From positions 20,020 through 84,019 of the IMG/VR virus record IMGVR_UViG_3300032007_004013: 64,000 nucleotides of DNA, one strand, 5' to 3'. Of this stretch, positions 54,636 through 64,000 are shown one piece after another. Both the position numbers and the translations under genes were made by a program. The stretch's first letter is position 1, and each line of letters begins with the position of its first letter. Source of the stretch: a virus (lineage: Duplodnaviria; Caudoviricetes). The notes beneath the pieces were generated by a model, which saw only the letters and a program-made list of their open reading frames with translations, was not told where the DNA came from and searched no databases.

Positions 54636-55053
54636 TGATAACCTCCTGAATCATAACGACAACTCTTGGCTCGTCGCTGTAGAACTTCCTTACTTGTGCA
54701 TCGACGATTTGGGTGTCGTCTTTGTACGCGATCTGATTGAGGCTGTCTGCAATGACCTTAATCACATTATCCATGTCAGGCTTCTTTGTTGGTCTGATAA
54801 GGTTGTCAAGCATCTTCAAGCGCTTTTTCTTTCCTGCACTCTTGGGGATGCTGTAATACGCCATTATCCTCATATCGAGCATAGCGTCATCAGGAAACCT
54901 GTGCTTACATTGTCTTTCGTATTCGATTCTCACGAGATTCTCATAAGCGGCTGTTTCAGTCGGTGTGTACGTCTTAACGTATGCTCCTGCGCGAGAAAAA
55001 CGTGGGCGACCTTTGCCTTTGGGATCTCCGGGAATCGTAAACGTCACCTTCAT
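54628..55053 (-). CDS. rusA: RusA-family Holliday junction resolvase
   Basis: IPGDPKGKGRPRF..KKPDMDNVIKVIADSLN..YKDDTQIV. Confidence 0.92.
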   Translation of the reverse strand: MKVTFTIPGDPKGKGRPRFSRAGAYVKTYTPTETAAYENLVRIEYERQCKHRFPDDAMLDMRIMAYYSIPKSAGKKKRLKMLDNLIRPTKKPDMDNVIKVIADSLNQIAYKDDTQIVDAQVRKFYSDEPRVVVMIQEVINV

Positions 55054-55054
55054 A

Positions 55055-55213
55055 TTACTTCTCCTTTTCGGCGTAAACGTAATAGCTATACGTCCTCGAT
55101 GTTGAGGATTTAAGTTCTTTTCCAAGCTTTACGGTATAGCCGTTCTTAATTAGCAGCGTGGCAATCGTGAGCCTGTCACCTTCACCTTTTATCTCTATTT
55201 TGAATTTCTCCAT
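55055..55213 (-). CDS. Small conserved phage protein (52 aa)
   Basis: DRLTIATLLIKNGYTVK motif. Confidence 0.65.
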   Translation of the reverse strand: MEKFKIEIKGEGDRLTIATLLIKNGYTVKLGKELKSSTSRTYSYYVYAEKEK

Positions 55214-55214
55214 C

Positions 55215-56084
55215 TCACCCCTCCAATAGAGTTTTCATGTCATCGTATCTGCAAGCAGCTTCTTTCATTCTGAATGAATTAAACATAAACGGAACAGGAT
55301 AGCAGACTTCAAGAACCCTGTCATATATTCTTTGAAGCCGTACATCGTGAGTTCTTTGCATTTCATTCAACGAAAGATTCGTAGTGACGATCATCGGCTT
55401 CCTGCTTCTATACCTGCTGTCAATGATGTTGTAAACCGTTTCGTGCGAGAACTCAGTATCACGTTCAGCTCCCAAATCATCGAGAATAAGAAGCTTTGCT
55501 GCGTTCATTTTGCGTATGATGTCTTCTTCGATCGATCTGCTTTTATTGAACTGAATCTGAGAGATTATCTTTACGAGTGATGTAGCGAAGACGGATATCA
55601 TGTGCTCCATCAATTCGTTACCGATGCAACAAGCGAGCGTTGTTTTTCCTGTGCCAACTTTGCCGTAAAATAGCAGCCCTTGATTCTTCTCGTAAAGTTC
55701 ATCGAACTTTTCAGCGTATCGTTTTGCTATTCTAAGTTGCCTTTCTACTTCATTGCAGCACGGGAAAGTCGAAAAGGTGCATGATGTGAACTTTTCGTCC
55801 ATAAGACTGTTCCGTTTCAACTGTCTTATGATATCAAGCTCTTTTTCATGCTGTATTCTCGCCTTTTCTTTAGCTTCGTTTTCTTCGTCACATCTGCACA
55901 TACACTTGAACACTCTATCCTTGTCGCCAAGCTTTACTCTTACTTCTCTTGGCTTTCCGCAAGCTCCGCAAATGAGCAAGCCGTCTTCGTTTCTGTAGTC
56001 TGTGATTCTTTCGCTAAAGGTTTCATCTGCTTTTTTTGCAGCTTGATTTATGACATCGATAAAAGTGTTACTGCTTTCAGTCAT
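55215..56084 (-). CDS. DnaC/IstB-like helicase loader ATPase
   Basis: GLLFYGKVGTGKT; LLILDDLG; IVTTNL; RIYDR. Confidence 0.92.
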   Translation of the reverse strand: MTESSNTFIDVINQAAKKADETFSERITDYRNEDGLLICGACGKPREVRVKLGDKDRVFKCMCRCDEENEAKEKARIQHEKELDIIRQLKRNSLMDEKFTSCTFSTFPCCNEVERQLRIAKRYAEKFDELYEKNQGLLFYGKVGTGKTTLACCIGNELMEHMISVFATSLVKIISQIQFNKSRSIEEDIIRKMNAAKLLILDDLGAERDTEFSHETVYNIIDSRYRSRKPMIVTTNLSLNEMQRTHDVRLQRIYDRVLEVCYPVPFMFNSFRMKEAACRYDDMKTLLEG

Positions 56085-56092
56085 ATCTTCTC

Positions 56093-56854
56093 CTACTTAT
56101 AGTTTTCAAACGGATTTCCACTTGCAGGAACGTCTTGCTTATGCGTGATTAAATGACGGTACTTCATCTCGCATTTATCGACAACCCACATCAAAATTGC
56201 TCTGTAGTCGCTCTTATAAGTCTTTCCTGACGAGCCTTTATAATTGTCGAGGGTTTCAATCAGTTTCTGCGTGAATTGTGCTCCGTATTTCTCAACAAGG
56301 GTATCGTACTCAGATTGTTGCATACTGACGTTTTCTGCGTACTTCACTTTAGGCACTTCTGACTTTTTCTTCTTTTTCGACGATTCTTTCTTTGGCTTTG
56401 CAGCTTGTTCTTCATCTTTAGTGTCAGTAGGTGGGGGAGAGGGTTCTTTGTCATTGTCAGAATTGACATGGTTTTTACCTCTCTCTAATCGCTTCCTGTT
56501 CCTGTCTTTTTCTTTTTTCTCAAGATGCTTATACCAATACTGCTGCCATTCGCTCCAATCATGGACATACAATCCGTCATCTTCTTCATCAATCCATGCT
56601 GTATCAATGAGTGCTTCGACGACCTTTTTGGCATCAAGCTGATCGCTTATAGAAGGCGTTATGAATCTCACTATATCATCGCGCTCTACGTTCAGTAAAA
56701 GTCCTGTGAAGATAGCGTTCTTTCTCGCCCATAGCCATACCAAAGTTAATATGCCGAGTGCTTCTGCTTCGGAACAGCCAATAGCTTTTCTGAAACCTCT
56801 AAGCTTCCCTCCGAGAACGTCTTCGTGTACGGCAATCCAATTCATTGTACTCAC
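56093..56854 (-). CDS. Phage replication initiator
   Basis: N-terminal wHTH-like (HDWSEWQ); C-terminal YKGSSGKTYKSDYRAILMWV; precedes DnaC. Confidence 0.8.
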   Translation of the reverse strand: MSTMNWIAVHEDVLGGKLRGFRKAIGCSEAEALGILTLVWLWARKNAIFTGLLLNVERDDIVRFITPSISDQLDAKKVVEALIDTAWIDEEDDGLYVHDWSEWQQYWYKHLEKKEKDRNRKRLERGKNHVNSDNDKEPSPPPTDTKDEEQAAKPKKESSKKKKKSEVPKVKYAENVSMQQSEYDTLVEKYGAQFTQKLIETLDNYKGSSGKTYKSDYRAILMWVVDKCEMKYRHLITHKQDVPASGNPFENYK

Positions 56855-56899
56855 CTGCCTTTATCGCCCTCCTCGTAGCAGAGGAGGGCTTGCGTTTTT

Positions 56900-57742
56900 T
56901 TACTCTTCGCGCATTACTTCCGCTCTTTCGTTGATTCTTCTTGTAAGTTCAGCGTCGATTTTCGCGAGCTGACTCTTCTTCATTCCAGTGGTAGAGGAAA
57001 GCCCCTCACTCTGAATCAGTTCCTTGAGAATCGCGTTGCCTTCTTCTTTTCCGAAGAATCCGTGAGCTTTAGCGAAGAGCGACTGGCGCTCACTTTGCGT
57101 GATTACCTCGTCGATCACTTCAGGCTCGATAACACCAGATTCATCTTCGTTTGCAGCAGGAATGTTTCCTGTGGGCGAGATTTCAGCTTCAGTGTAGATA
57201 CCTTCGTAGTCTTTCGGATATGCTTCGCGGAGGGCTTGGCTGACAGCAACCTTTTCCATCATCATACATGGCTTTTCCTTCCAGATGGATTTGCCTTTGT
57301 CGTACTCGGCAAGTCCGCACTCTTTGTACGTTGTGACTTCCTTATTGTTCTTTAGCTTATGCACTCTGCACCAGCCGCCGATAAGCGTTTCTGTCGGGTA
57401 CAGGCAGGCTCCCTGCTTCTGCACGATCTCTCCTGATTGACCTCTGCAAACAACGATACCGCTTTCTGTGTACAGGTGGTTCGGGTTCTCCTCTGCTCTT
57501 CTCTTATATGTATCGTAACCAACGACGAGCTGTGCAGGCTGATCGCCAAACTTAATTAAATAGACCTCGCCGGTAGCGAACGGATTGAGCTTTTGCGCTT
57601 CACACATCTTGATGAACAAGAACACTTCCTGTTCAGATACGTTTCCGTTTCCTCTTACGAGGTACTGTTTTACAGTTTCCGAATCAAGCTTTACGTTACC
57701 GAGTGCGGTTTCGTAGCTGATAGACATTAACTGATTTGCCAT
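56900..57742 (-). CDS. Bet/RecT-like single-strand annealing protein
   Basis: FIKMCEAQKLNPF..EVYLIKF..LIGGWCRV..MMEKVAVSQALREAYP. Confidence 0.9.
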   Translation of the reverse strand: MANQLMSISYETALGNVKLDSETVKQYLVRGNGNVSEQEVFLFIKMCEAQKLNPFATGEVYLIKFGDQPAQLVVGYDTYKRRAEENPNHLYTESGIVVCRGQSGEIVQKQGACLYPTETLIGGWCRVHKLKNNKEVTTYKECGLAEYDKGKSIWKEKPCMMMEKVAVSQALREAYPKDYEGIYTEAEISPTGNIPAANEDESGVIEPEVIDEVITQSERQSLFAKAHGFFGKEEGNAILKELIQSEGLSSTTGMKKSQLAKIDAELTRRINERAEVMREE

Positions 57743-57744
57743 AA

Positions 57745-58473
57745 TTAAGACCTCCTAAACGACATCTTTGATACTTCTTCGTAGGTGATGCCGGGGATTT
57801 TGATGGAGCCTTTCGATGCTTTGATAAGCTTCAGAACAGCCTTTTCGTCAACAGGCCTGATGATAACACCGGAAATAGTGTCGGGGACCTTGCTTACGTC
57901 GATGCTCTTAATCTCCCAGCTTTTCGTCGCCGATACACCTTTTGCTACAGGCTGACAAGCTGTGATAGAGATGTTTCTCGAAGCGGTATCGCTGATTTCA
58001 GCGTCAACCAAAGCAGCTTCAGATGCTTCGCGATCGCCATTGCGCTCTGCTTCTACAGCTTCTGCGAGTTTTCTTTCGGATTCCTCGCGAGCAAGCTGCC
58101 TCGCTTTTTCCTCTGCTTCTCTGCGCTCACGTTCTTTTTTAGTGACGTATTCACCCATCGTCTTTTTCAGGATGGCTTCTGCCGATTTGAGGGGAGCGAG
58201 CATTTCTTTTTCTCTGCTGCATACGTTCTTGTGTGCTTCGTTCGCAGCTTTTTTCATCGGCTTGAAGAACTCAGTTACCTCTGCGATTTTTGTCTTGATC
58301 TGTACGCCAAGCTCACCTGCTGTCTTGTAGTCGTTGTCGTCGATAACAACAAGTGTCTTTGCGATGGTTTCGATGTCGCTGACCTGAACGGTCAATTCAT
58401 CTTCACCTGATACCGCCTGCGGCTCGATTGTCGCAAGCACCTTTTCTTCAACTTTCTTTTCATTTTCTTTCAT
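57745..58473 (-). CDS. Coiled-coil phage protein of the recombination module
   Basis: FFKPMKK..IPGITYEE C-terminus. Confidence 0.7.
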   Translation of the reverse strand: MKENEKKVEEKVLATIEPQAVSGEDELTVQVSDIETIAKTLVVIDDNDYKTAGELGVQIKTKIAEVTEFFKPMKKAANEAHKNVCSREKEMLAPLKSAEAILKKTMGEYVTKKERERREAEEKARQLAREESERKLAEAVEAERNGDREASEAALVDAEISDTASRNISITACQPVAKGVSATKSWEIKSIDVSKVPDTISGVIIRPVDEKAVLKLIKASKGSIKIPGITYEEVSKMSFRRS

Positions 58474-58482
58474 TGTGCGTCC

Positions 58483-59112
58483 TCACTTTCTGTATTTTTC
58501 TATATGGTTGCGAACCGTCAAAAGAGCGCCGAAGACTTCCCAGCTTTCGCTGTCGTTTTTGTCGTAATACACCCAAGTGTATTTGCCGTTCCTTTTCAGG
58601 TGCAATATAGCCTTTCCGTCTATCGGATAATCGTGGCTTTCATACGCTTTCGCGTATGCTTCAGTTTGTATGCCCGTGAGCATCTTATTTACAGTAGCTG
58701 ACGTTTTGTAATCGACGAGAATCCTCTTGTCTTCAATCATCGCGATCAAGTCAGATGTTCCGGCGTATCTAAGGACCTTGTGGTACACCTTACACTCTGT
58801 CGATATTGGCTGAGGGTTAAAATCATTGCACCACGATATGTAAGCATCCAGATACCCTTGATACATAGGCTCTATGTCAGAGAGCCCAAAAAGCGTATAG
58901 TTCTCTATGGCGTTATGTACAGCAGTTCCTCTCGCTGCCGCTTTATTCAGAATTGCTTCGTCTACGCCTTTGTACAGTGACTGAGATAGCGGTCTCATAA
59001 TCGTCGTAACTGACGGTATAACCGCTCCGTTGAGCGTATAAATGTGTCTTGCTTCTTCAAACGACAATTCATCGAATGTCGGAGGGCTAATAGTCTTAGT
59101 CTTCATAAGCAT
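58483..59112 (-). CDS. PD-(D/E)XK exonuclease-like protein
   Basis: HIY..PSVTTI..RGTAVH..YAGTSDLI..LVDYKT. Confidence 0.85.
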   Translation of the reverse strand: MLMKTKTISPPTFDELSFEEARHIYTLNGAVIPSVTTIMRPLSQSLYKGVDEAILNKAAARGTAVHNAIENYTLFGLSDIEPMYQGYLDAYISWCNDFNPQPISTECKVYHKVLRYAGTSDLIAMIEDKRILVDYKTSATVNKMLTGIQTEAYAKAYESHDYPIDGKAILHLKRNGKYTWVYYDKNDSESWEVFGALLTVRNHIEKYRK

Positions 59113-59350
59113 CCTCCGCGATTCCTCTTGTAGCCATATCCATGACGATTTCTTCTGCTGCTCCTTTCAAGCACTCCTCATGGTACTTATCGCCGTCGAT
59201 TTCCATGTACTCTTCGCCAACGAATATCGGCTCACAGCAATACGTGCAGTAGCAAGACATTGGCGGATCAGGAGCATTAGGACACCTTGGGTGGCATGGG
59301 CTTTGCCTGCATATCTCACACATATAATCTCGTCCTTTCGTAGATTTCAT
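59096..59350 (-). CDS. Small Cys-rich protein
   Basis: MCEICRQSPCHPRCPNAP..CTYCCEPI..YHEEC. Confidence 0.7.
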   Translation of the reverse strand: MKSTKGRDYMCEICRQSPCHPRCPNAPDPPMSCYCTYCCEPIFVGEEYMEIDGDKYHEECLKGAAEEIVMDMATRGIAEDAYED

Positions 59351-59534
59351 TGATTCTCATTCCTTGAATCTTCAAGGGAAGTTCGCTTCTGTATAATATC
59401 GGCAAGTAATCTTCGCCTTTCTTTATGATAGCGAGCTTTCTTTTACAGATGTCAAGGATTTCGTTGGCGGCATCGTCGCTTATGCGAAATCCAAGCTCTC
59501 TTTCAGCTTCTCTTCTTGCTTCGGAAACGTTCAT
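59316..59534 (-). CDS. Hypothetical protein
   Basis: Packed ORF with GGAAGG RBS. Confidence 0.65.
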   Translation of the reverse strand: MNVSEARREAERELGFRISDDAANEILDICKRKLAIIKKGEDYLPILYRSELPLKIQGMRINEIYERTRLYV

Positions 59535-59623
59535 GCTTTCACCTTCCTAAAACAAAAAGTCTATAAACGACAACTGCCGCCAGCAACAGCAGGTTGAGCG
59601 AGACTGCTATTAGCCATAAATGA

Positions 59624-59815
59624 CTATCCAGCCATCGAAATAGCCTGCTCTTTTCTTTCTTTCGTAAATAGCGCAATATCAATCCCTCCTATTTTTTCTA
59701 ACGCTCTATCCAATTCTTCCGGGGAATTGATGCCGTAAACATCGCTTAACAGTTTCTTCATTTCATCAACAGAGATCACCGCAATTCCCCTTTCGTTTTT
59801 GGTCGTATATTTCAA
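59624..59815 (-). CDS. Hypothetical protein
   Basis: Packed ORF. Confidence 0.55.
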   Translation of the reverse strand: MKYTTKNERGIAVISVDEMKKLLSDVYGINSPEELDRALEKIGGIDIALFTKERKEQAISMAG

Positions 59816-60281
59816 GCTCTTCTACGCGTCTTCTTACTTCACTCAAATAAGCAACGATTTCAGCCATTTGATCCTGTTCGTCTTTATCAACCTTTCCGTC
59901 AATAGCTATATGAGTGAGTCGTCCCATTCTCTTGCTTAGTTCTTCAGTGGATAACACATCGAGCAACCCTACAGTGATAGCTTCGAGCGATTTCAGTTCA
60001 TGTCCAATGGATTTTCTACAACCGATAGGACATTCTGTTTGGCAATACTTATTAAGCAGTTCGGGTGCGTTATACAAATCAGCCATAAGCACAACCTTAT
60101 CAACAGGAACAACTTTCGTGTTGCCGAGTTCATAATCTGCAAGAGATGATGTCGAAACTCCGAGCAATTCAGCTGCGCTTTCTCTGCTGTTTAGCTTATC
60201 GTTGTACTTTGCAGCCTGTTTTCTACATACAAAGTACATATTATCGTTCTGGTTCGTGTAGTCGTTCCCCATTTCGCTCAC
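59766..60281 (-). CDS. XRE-like HTH protein
   Basis: SRESAAELLGVSTSSLADYELG..ADLYNAPEL..CPIG. Confidence 0.8.
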   Translation of the reverse strand: MSEMGNDYTNQNDNMYFVCRKQAAKYNDKLNSRESAAELLGVSTSSLADYELGNTKVVPVDKVVLMADLYNAPELLNKYCQTECPIGCRKSIGHELKSLEAITVGLLDVLSTEELSKRMGRLTHIAIDGKVDKDEQDQMAEIVAYLSEVRRRVEELEIYDQKRKGNCGDLC

Positions 60282-60299
60282 ACTTCCTATATGGTATAA

Positions 60300-60548
60300 T
60301 TACAGTACAGTATTCAGAACAGTTGGCGAAATACCAAACAGTAACTTTGAGTCACAAAAAACTGCGTTGAATCTCGCAGGAGATAAACGCAGGTCATTTG
60401 AAATTGCTACCATCTCAGGGATTGAGAAAGCAACCTTGCCACGTTCTTTTTTACGGTATGAGGATGGATTCTTTCCTATAACATTTGCCATGTATTCAAC
60501 GCTTTTGTTTTGCTTCATTCGTTCTGCTCTCAATTCTCTACTGTTCAT
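60300..60548 (-). CDS. Cro-like HTH regulator
   Basis: LRAERMKQNKSVEYMANVIG..YRKKERGKVAFS; divergent from CI. Confidence 0.85.
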   Translation of the reverse strand: MNSRELRAERMKQNKSVEYMANVIGKNPSSYRKKERGKVAFSIPEMVAISNDLRLSPARFNAVFCDSKLLFGISPTVLNTVL

Positions 60549-60596
60549 CAGATCACTCCTTACTGATTAGTCTAACTAAAAAGTTATTATAGTAAT

Positions 60597-60625
60597 ATTA
60601 TACTTACTGAACAGTAAAAAGTCAA
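60597..60625 (-). promoter_or_regulatory. Lytic (cro) promoter containing a palindromic operator
   Basis: TTGACT-N17-TATAAT; spacer contains TTACTG-AA-CAGTAA (60604-60617). Confidence 0.85.
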
Positions 60626-60673
60626 GCATATTTTGATTTTTTTCAGAAAAATATTCCCATTTTGTTCAGAATG

Positions 60674-60682
60674 TGGTATAAT
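60674..60682 (+). promoter_or_regulatory. Extended -10 for CI/integrase transcript
   Basis: TGGTATAAT upstream of AGGAGG RBS of cI. Confidence 0.55.
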
Positions 60683-60725
60683 TGGGCAAAATATTCTTCA
60701 TATATAATGTATAGGAGGTTACTTT

Positions 60726-61106
60726 ATGGCAATCGATTTCAGCGACAATCTAAGAAAAGCAATGGCACATAGAAAGGTTACGCAAGCGTGGCTTGCAGAC
60801 AAAGCCAATCAAAAGGAAGCTACCATCAGCAGATATGTCAACGGCGTGAACAAATCGCCGCAGATAGATATTCTTGTCGAAATTGCGAAAGCTCTGAATG
60901 TATCGACAGACTATCTTCTCGGTATAAGCGATGTTCCGGTCACAACAGATAATCTATCTCACGAGGAACTTCTGCTGATATACGCATTTGAACGTGCTTC
61001 AAAACGTGATGCAGCAATAGTATGGCAAATCCTTGAAGACTATCTAACCATTGAGGAAAAGGGCGACTTATCTGCATTAGAGCAAAAAGCAGATCAAGCA
61101 GGGTGA
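60726..61106 (+). CDS. CI-like XRE repressor
   Basis: TQAWLADKA..ISRYVNG..IAKALNVSTDYLLG. Confidence 0.9.
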   Translation: MAIDFSDNLRKAMAHRKVTQAWLADKANQKEATISRYVNGVNKSPQIDILVEIAKALNVSTDYLLGISDVPVTTDNLSHEELLLIYAFERASKRDAAIVWQILEDYLTIEEKGDLSALEQKADQAG

Positions 61107-61154
61107 ACGTAATCAAATTTCCGAGCACATCAGAATGAGAGGGAGGCAGCATAC

Positions 61155-62906
61155 TTGGCTAAGGATTCGTTATCATCTAAGCTATCTGACAAGAAGGCTG
61201 CTTTGTATATCAGGGTTTCTACACTTTACCAAATCGACAAAGACAGCTTACCGTTACAGCGTTCAGATCTTATCAACTACTGTAAATACGCTCTCGATAT
61301 CGACAAGTACGAGGTATTCGAGGACGCAGGCTATTCCGCAAAGAATACAGACCGTCCTGCTTTCCAACAGATGATGGCAAGGCTGCGATCAGGAGAGTTC
61401 TCTCACCTGCTTGTCTGGAAAATCGACCGCATAAGCAGAAATCTACTTGACTTTTCAGAGATGTACGTCGAGCTAAAAAAGCTCGGCGTTACTTTCGTGT
61501 CTAAGAACGAACAGTTTGACACATCAAGTGCGATGGGTGAGGCGATGCTCAAGATCATCCTTGTATTTGCGGAACTTGAGCGAAACATGACTTCGGAACG
61601 CGTCAAGGCTGTGATGATTTCAAAAGCTAAAGACGGTCAATGGAACGGCGGAAAAGTACCGTTCGGTTACGATTGGGGCAAAGAATCAAAATCATTCTCT
61701 ATCAACGAGAATGAAGCTATGGCTGTGAATCAGATTTACGATCTATACGAAAAAGAACAATCTCTGCTGCTGGTATCAAGGACTCTAAACGAGCGCGGCT
61801 TTTTGACAAGGAGAGGGAGGGCTTGGAGTCCTACTACAGTTTCATCTATACTTAATAACAAATTTTACGCAGGCACTTACATTTACAACAAATACGGAGT
61901 AGATCCTGACACCGGAAACGTCAGTCGCCAGATCATAAAAGACGAATCAGAGTGGGTGGTCGTCGAAGACCATCATCCGGCGATCGTCGGCGCTGAACGT
62001 CAAGCAAGGGTATCTGCTATTCTTGAACGCAATCGTAGAAGTAACCACCGTGACGGCAAAAAATATGTCAGGAAGAATACACACATCTTTGCCGGATTGC
62101 TTTACTGCGCGTACTGCGGAGGTCAAATGCAAGCTACTATAGACAGGGCGAGAAACGACGGCTACAGACCTTCTATATACGCATGTTCACGGAAACGACG
62201 GTTCAATGATTGCGGAAACAAATATATCTCGGATGTCGTCATTGGTCCTTTCGTTCTCAACTACATAGCAAACATACTGAAAGCTCAAAAAAGTTTCGGC
62301 AAGACAACAAGCGTTGATGCTTTTGAAAAGAAGCTGTTGAGGGGCGCTATGTTCTTTGATGTTCTTCATATAGACACGTTTGGACTTACTGAGATGTATG
62401 ATATGTTGAGGGAAGAAAACTCAGGAGAAGCCGTTTATTCTGCGGTAAAGCGATCTAAGCGCAACAAGCAAAAAGAAGAGTCGAACGAGAGGGATTTGCT
62501 GCTTGCGGAGAAGCACAGAAACGAACGCGCATTGCAAAGACTAAAATCTTTGTTCCTGTATAGCGACGAAACAATTTCAGAATCAGATTACTTGGTCGAA
62601 AAGAAAAACCTTACAGACGCTATGGATAAGATCGACAAGCGAATCAAAGAGATTGACAAGAGTTCAGTTGAACAGTTCTCACTATCAGACGACGAGTTCA
62701 TGGAGAAAGCATCTACATTCATAATGACAAACGCTCTTCAAGGAAAACGCTACATAGATTTCGAGGAAATGATAAAGACAATCGACACCAAAGTAGTGAA
62801 GAATTTTGTCGTCAGCATCATTCAAAAAATTGTAATCAAGGATGGTAGAATCTTGTCAATTCGCTTCAAAAACGGTATTGAGCATAAATTTCTGTACAAA
62901 ACATAA
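61155..62906 (+). CDS. Large serine recombinase (integrase)
   Basis: ALYIRVST catalytic Ser; VWKIDRISRN; AELER; recombinase domain; Zn ribbon LYCAYCG..YACS..C. Confidence 0.96.
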   Translation: MAKDSLSSKLSDKKAALYIRVSTLYQIDKDSLPLQRSDLINYCKYALDIDKYEVFEDAGYSAKNTDRPAFQQMMARLRSGEFSHLLVWKIDRISRNLLDFSEMYVELKKLGVTFVSKNEQFDTSSAMGEAMLKIILVFAELERNMTSERVKAVMISKAKDGQWNGGKVPFGYDWGKESKSFSINENEAMAVNQIYDLYEKEQSLLLVSRTLNERGFLTRRGRAWSPTTVSSILNNKFYAGTYIYNKYGVDPDTGNVSRQIIKDESEWVVVEDHHPAIVGAERQARVSAILERNRRSNHRDGKKYVRKNTHIFAGLLYCAYCGGQMQATIDRARNDGYRPSIYACSRKRRFNDCGNKYISDVVIGPFVLNYIANILKAQKSFGKTTSVDAFEKKLLRGAMFFDVLHIDTFGLTEMYDMLREENSGEAVYSAVKRSKRNKQKEESNERDLLLAEKHRNERALQRLKSLFLYSDETISESDYLVEKKNLTDAMDKIDKRIKEIDKSSVEQFSLSDDEFMEKASTFIMTNALQGKRYIDFEEMIKTIDTKVVKNFVVSIIQKIVIKDGRILSIRFKNGIEHKFLYKT

Positions 62907-62916
62907 AACAGCGAAA

Positions 62917-62951
62917 AGCCGCAAACCCCATATTTACTGAGGTTTGCGGCT
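62917..62951. terminator. Inverted repeat between convergent integrase and queA
   Basis: AGCCGCAAACC / GGTTTGCGGCT perfect 11-bp stem, 13-nt loop. Confidence 0.65.
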
Positions 62952-62974
62952 CTATTCTTTCTCGATTTTATCCT

Positions 62975-64000
62975 TTACAGGATAAGCATAGCGTCCCCAA
63001 AACTAAAAAACCGATACCTCTCCTCAACCGCGATCTTATACGCGTTCATCACGTTGTCATAGCCGGCAAACGCCGACACCAGCATGATCAGCGTGCTTTC
63101 GGGGAGGTGGAAGTTTGTCACCAGCCCGTCGAGCACCTTGAATGGATAGCCGGGATAGATGAAAATATCGGTATAGCCCTCGCAGGGCTTGACGGCGCCG
63201 TACTGCGTCGCCACGCTCTCGAGCGTGCGGCAGGAGGTGGTGCCGACAGCGATCACACGGCCGCCGTTTTGCTTGGTCTCGTTGATCAGACGCGCGGTTT
63301 CGGCAGGGATCTCATAGTGCTCGCTGTGCATTTTATGACGAGTCACGTCGTCGACCTTGACAGGGCGGAAGGTGCCGAGCCCGACGTGCAGGGTCACATA
63401 GGCGATCTTGACGCCCTTTTGACGGATCCTGTCCATCAGCTCCTCGGTAAAATGCAGTCCGGCGGTCGGCGCGGCGGCGGAGCCCAATTCGTGGCTGTAA
63501 ACGGTCTGATAGCGCTCCTTGTCCTGCAATTCGGCGGTGATATAGGGCGGAAGCGGCATTTGCCCGATCTTGTCGAGCGTTGCAAAAAAGCTCTCGTCGC
63601 AGTCAAAGTCCACCACGCGGTTGCCGTCGTCCCTGACCTCCGCGACCTTGGCGCGCAGCAGCCCGTCGCCAAAGGTGAAGCTTGCGCCCTCACGCGCCTT
63701 TTTGCCGGGCTTGCAGAGGGTTTCCCAGCGGTTGCCGCTGATTTGCTTTAGCAGCAGAAATTCCACGCGCGCGCCGGTTCCGTCCTTGACGCCGAAAATA
63801 CGCGCAGGCAACACGCGCGAATCGTTGGCGACAATCAAGTCTCCCTCATGCAAATAATCGATAATATCATAAAAATGGCGGTGTTCCACGCTGCCGTCGC
63901 GGCGGTCGAGCACCAGCAGACGCGAGCTGTCGCGCGGCTCCACGGGCGTCTGCGCAATCAGCTCCTTTGGCAGTTCGTAATAAAAATCACTCGTTTTCAT
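62975..64000 (-). CDS. queA: S-adenosylmethionine:tRNA ribosyltransferase-isomerase (host)
   Basis: [13 protein letters not shown]; [17 protein letters not shown]; TLHVGLGTF; [11 protein letters not shown]; TNFHLPEST; [10 protein letters not shown]. Confidence 0.98.
   Translation of the reverse strand: MKTSDFYYELPKELIAQTPVEPRDSSRLLVLDRRDGSVEHRHFYDIIDYLHEGDLIVANDSRVLPARIFGVKDGTGARVEFLLLKQISGNRWETLCKPGKKAREGASFTFGDGLLRAKVAEVRDDGNRVVDFDCDESFFATLDKIGQMPLPPYITAELQDKERYQTVYSHELGSAAAPTAGLHFTEELMDRIRQKGVKIAYVTLHVGLGTFRPVKVDDVTRHKMHSEHYEIPAETARLINETKQNGGRVIAVGTTSCRTLESVATQYGAVKPCEGYTDIFIYPGYPFKVLDGLVTNFHLPESTLIMLVSAFAGYDNVMNAYKIAVEERYRFFSFGDAMLIL

Larger units (their letters stand above)
1..62974 (-). 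mobile_element. Temperate siphovirus-like prophage (lysis to integrase); left end not visible
   Basis: Ordered lysis, tail, head, packaging, replication, immunity and integrase modules; lower GC than adjacent queA. Confidence 0.97.

Noticed and set aside
56093-56854. Iteron-type replication origin inside the initiator gene
   Set aside because: Only A/T-rich Lys/Glu-coding runs are seen; no clear repeated iterons
1-62974. Second DGR target (additional VR)
   Set aside because: I found no other copy of the TR core (GAGCGCAGCCACCA / WWLRS) by eye; a BLASTn of the TR against the whole genome would be needed to exclude remote targets

Overview
Positions 1 to about 62974 are a nearly complete temperate siphovirus-type prophage (about 44-45% GC by line sampling) in a higher-GC Clostridia-like host. 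It sits next to, and probably integrates in, the 3' end of host queA (62975-64000, about 58-60% GC). The left attachment site is not visible in the window. Almost all phage genes are on the minus strand. Read in transcription order they are: large serine integrase and CI (plus strand), Cro, recombination/replication genes (exonuclease, Bet/RecT, initiator, DnaC, RusA, SSB), about 14 kb of small accessory genes with several paralog arrays, a late promoter, a glf-ParB-ATP-grasp-glycosyltransferase-PLP-decarboxylase cluster, terminase, portal, head, tail, a 2221-aa tail fibre and the lysis cassette. The clearest system is a complete diversity-generating retroelement (target VR - hairpin - avd - TR - RT). 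Its TR and VR align over 128 nt with 11 mismatches, all at TR adenines. The most novel-looking items are: (i) a packaging-linked sugar/amine modification cluster containing UDP-galactopyranose mutase; (ii) a Mu Com/mom-like translational switch on the tape-measure gene; (iii) an antisense sRNA unit upstream of the late activator; (iv) a CotH-kinase-like domain inside the DGR-diversified fibre; (v) a terminase with a second, degenerate nuclease domain; (vi) orphan head genes from another phage family in the early region. Protein family calls come from motif recognition only; no database searches were run.
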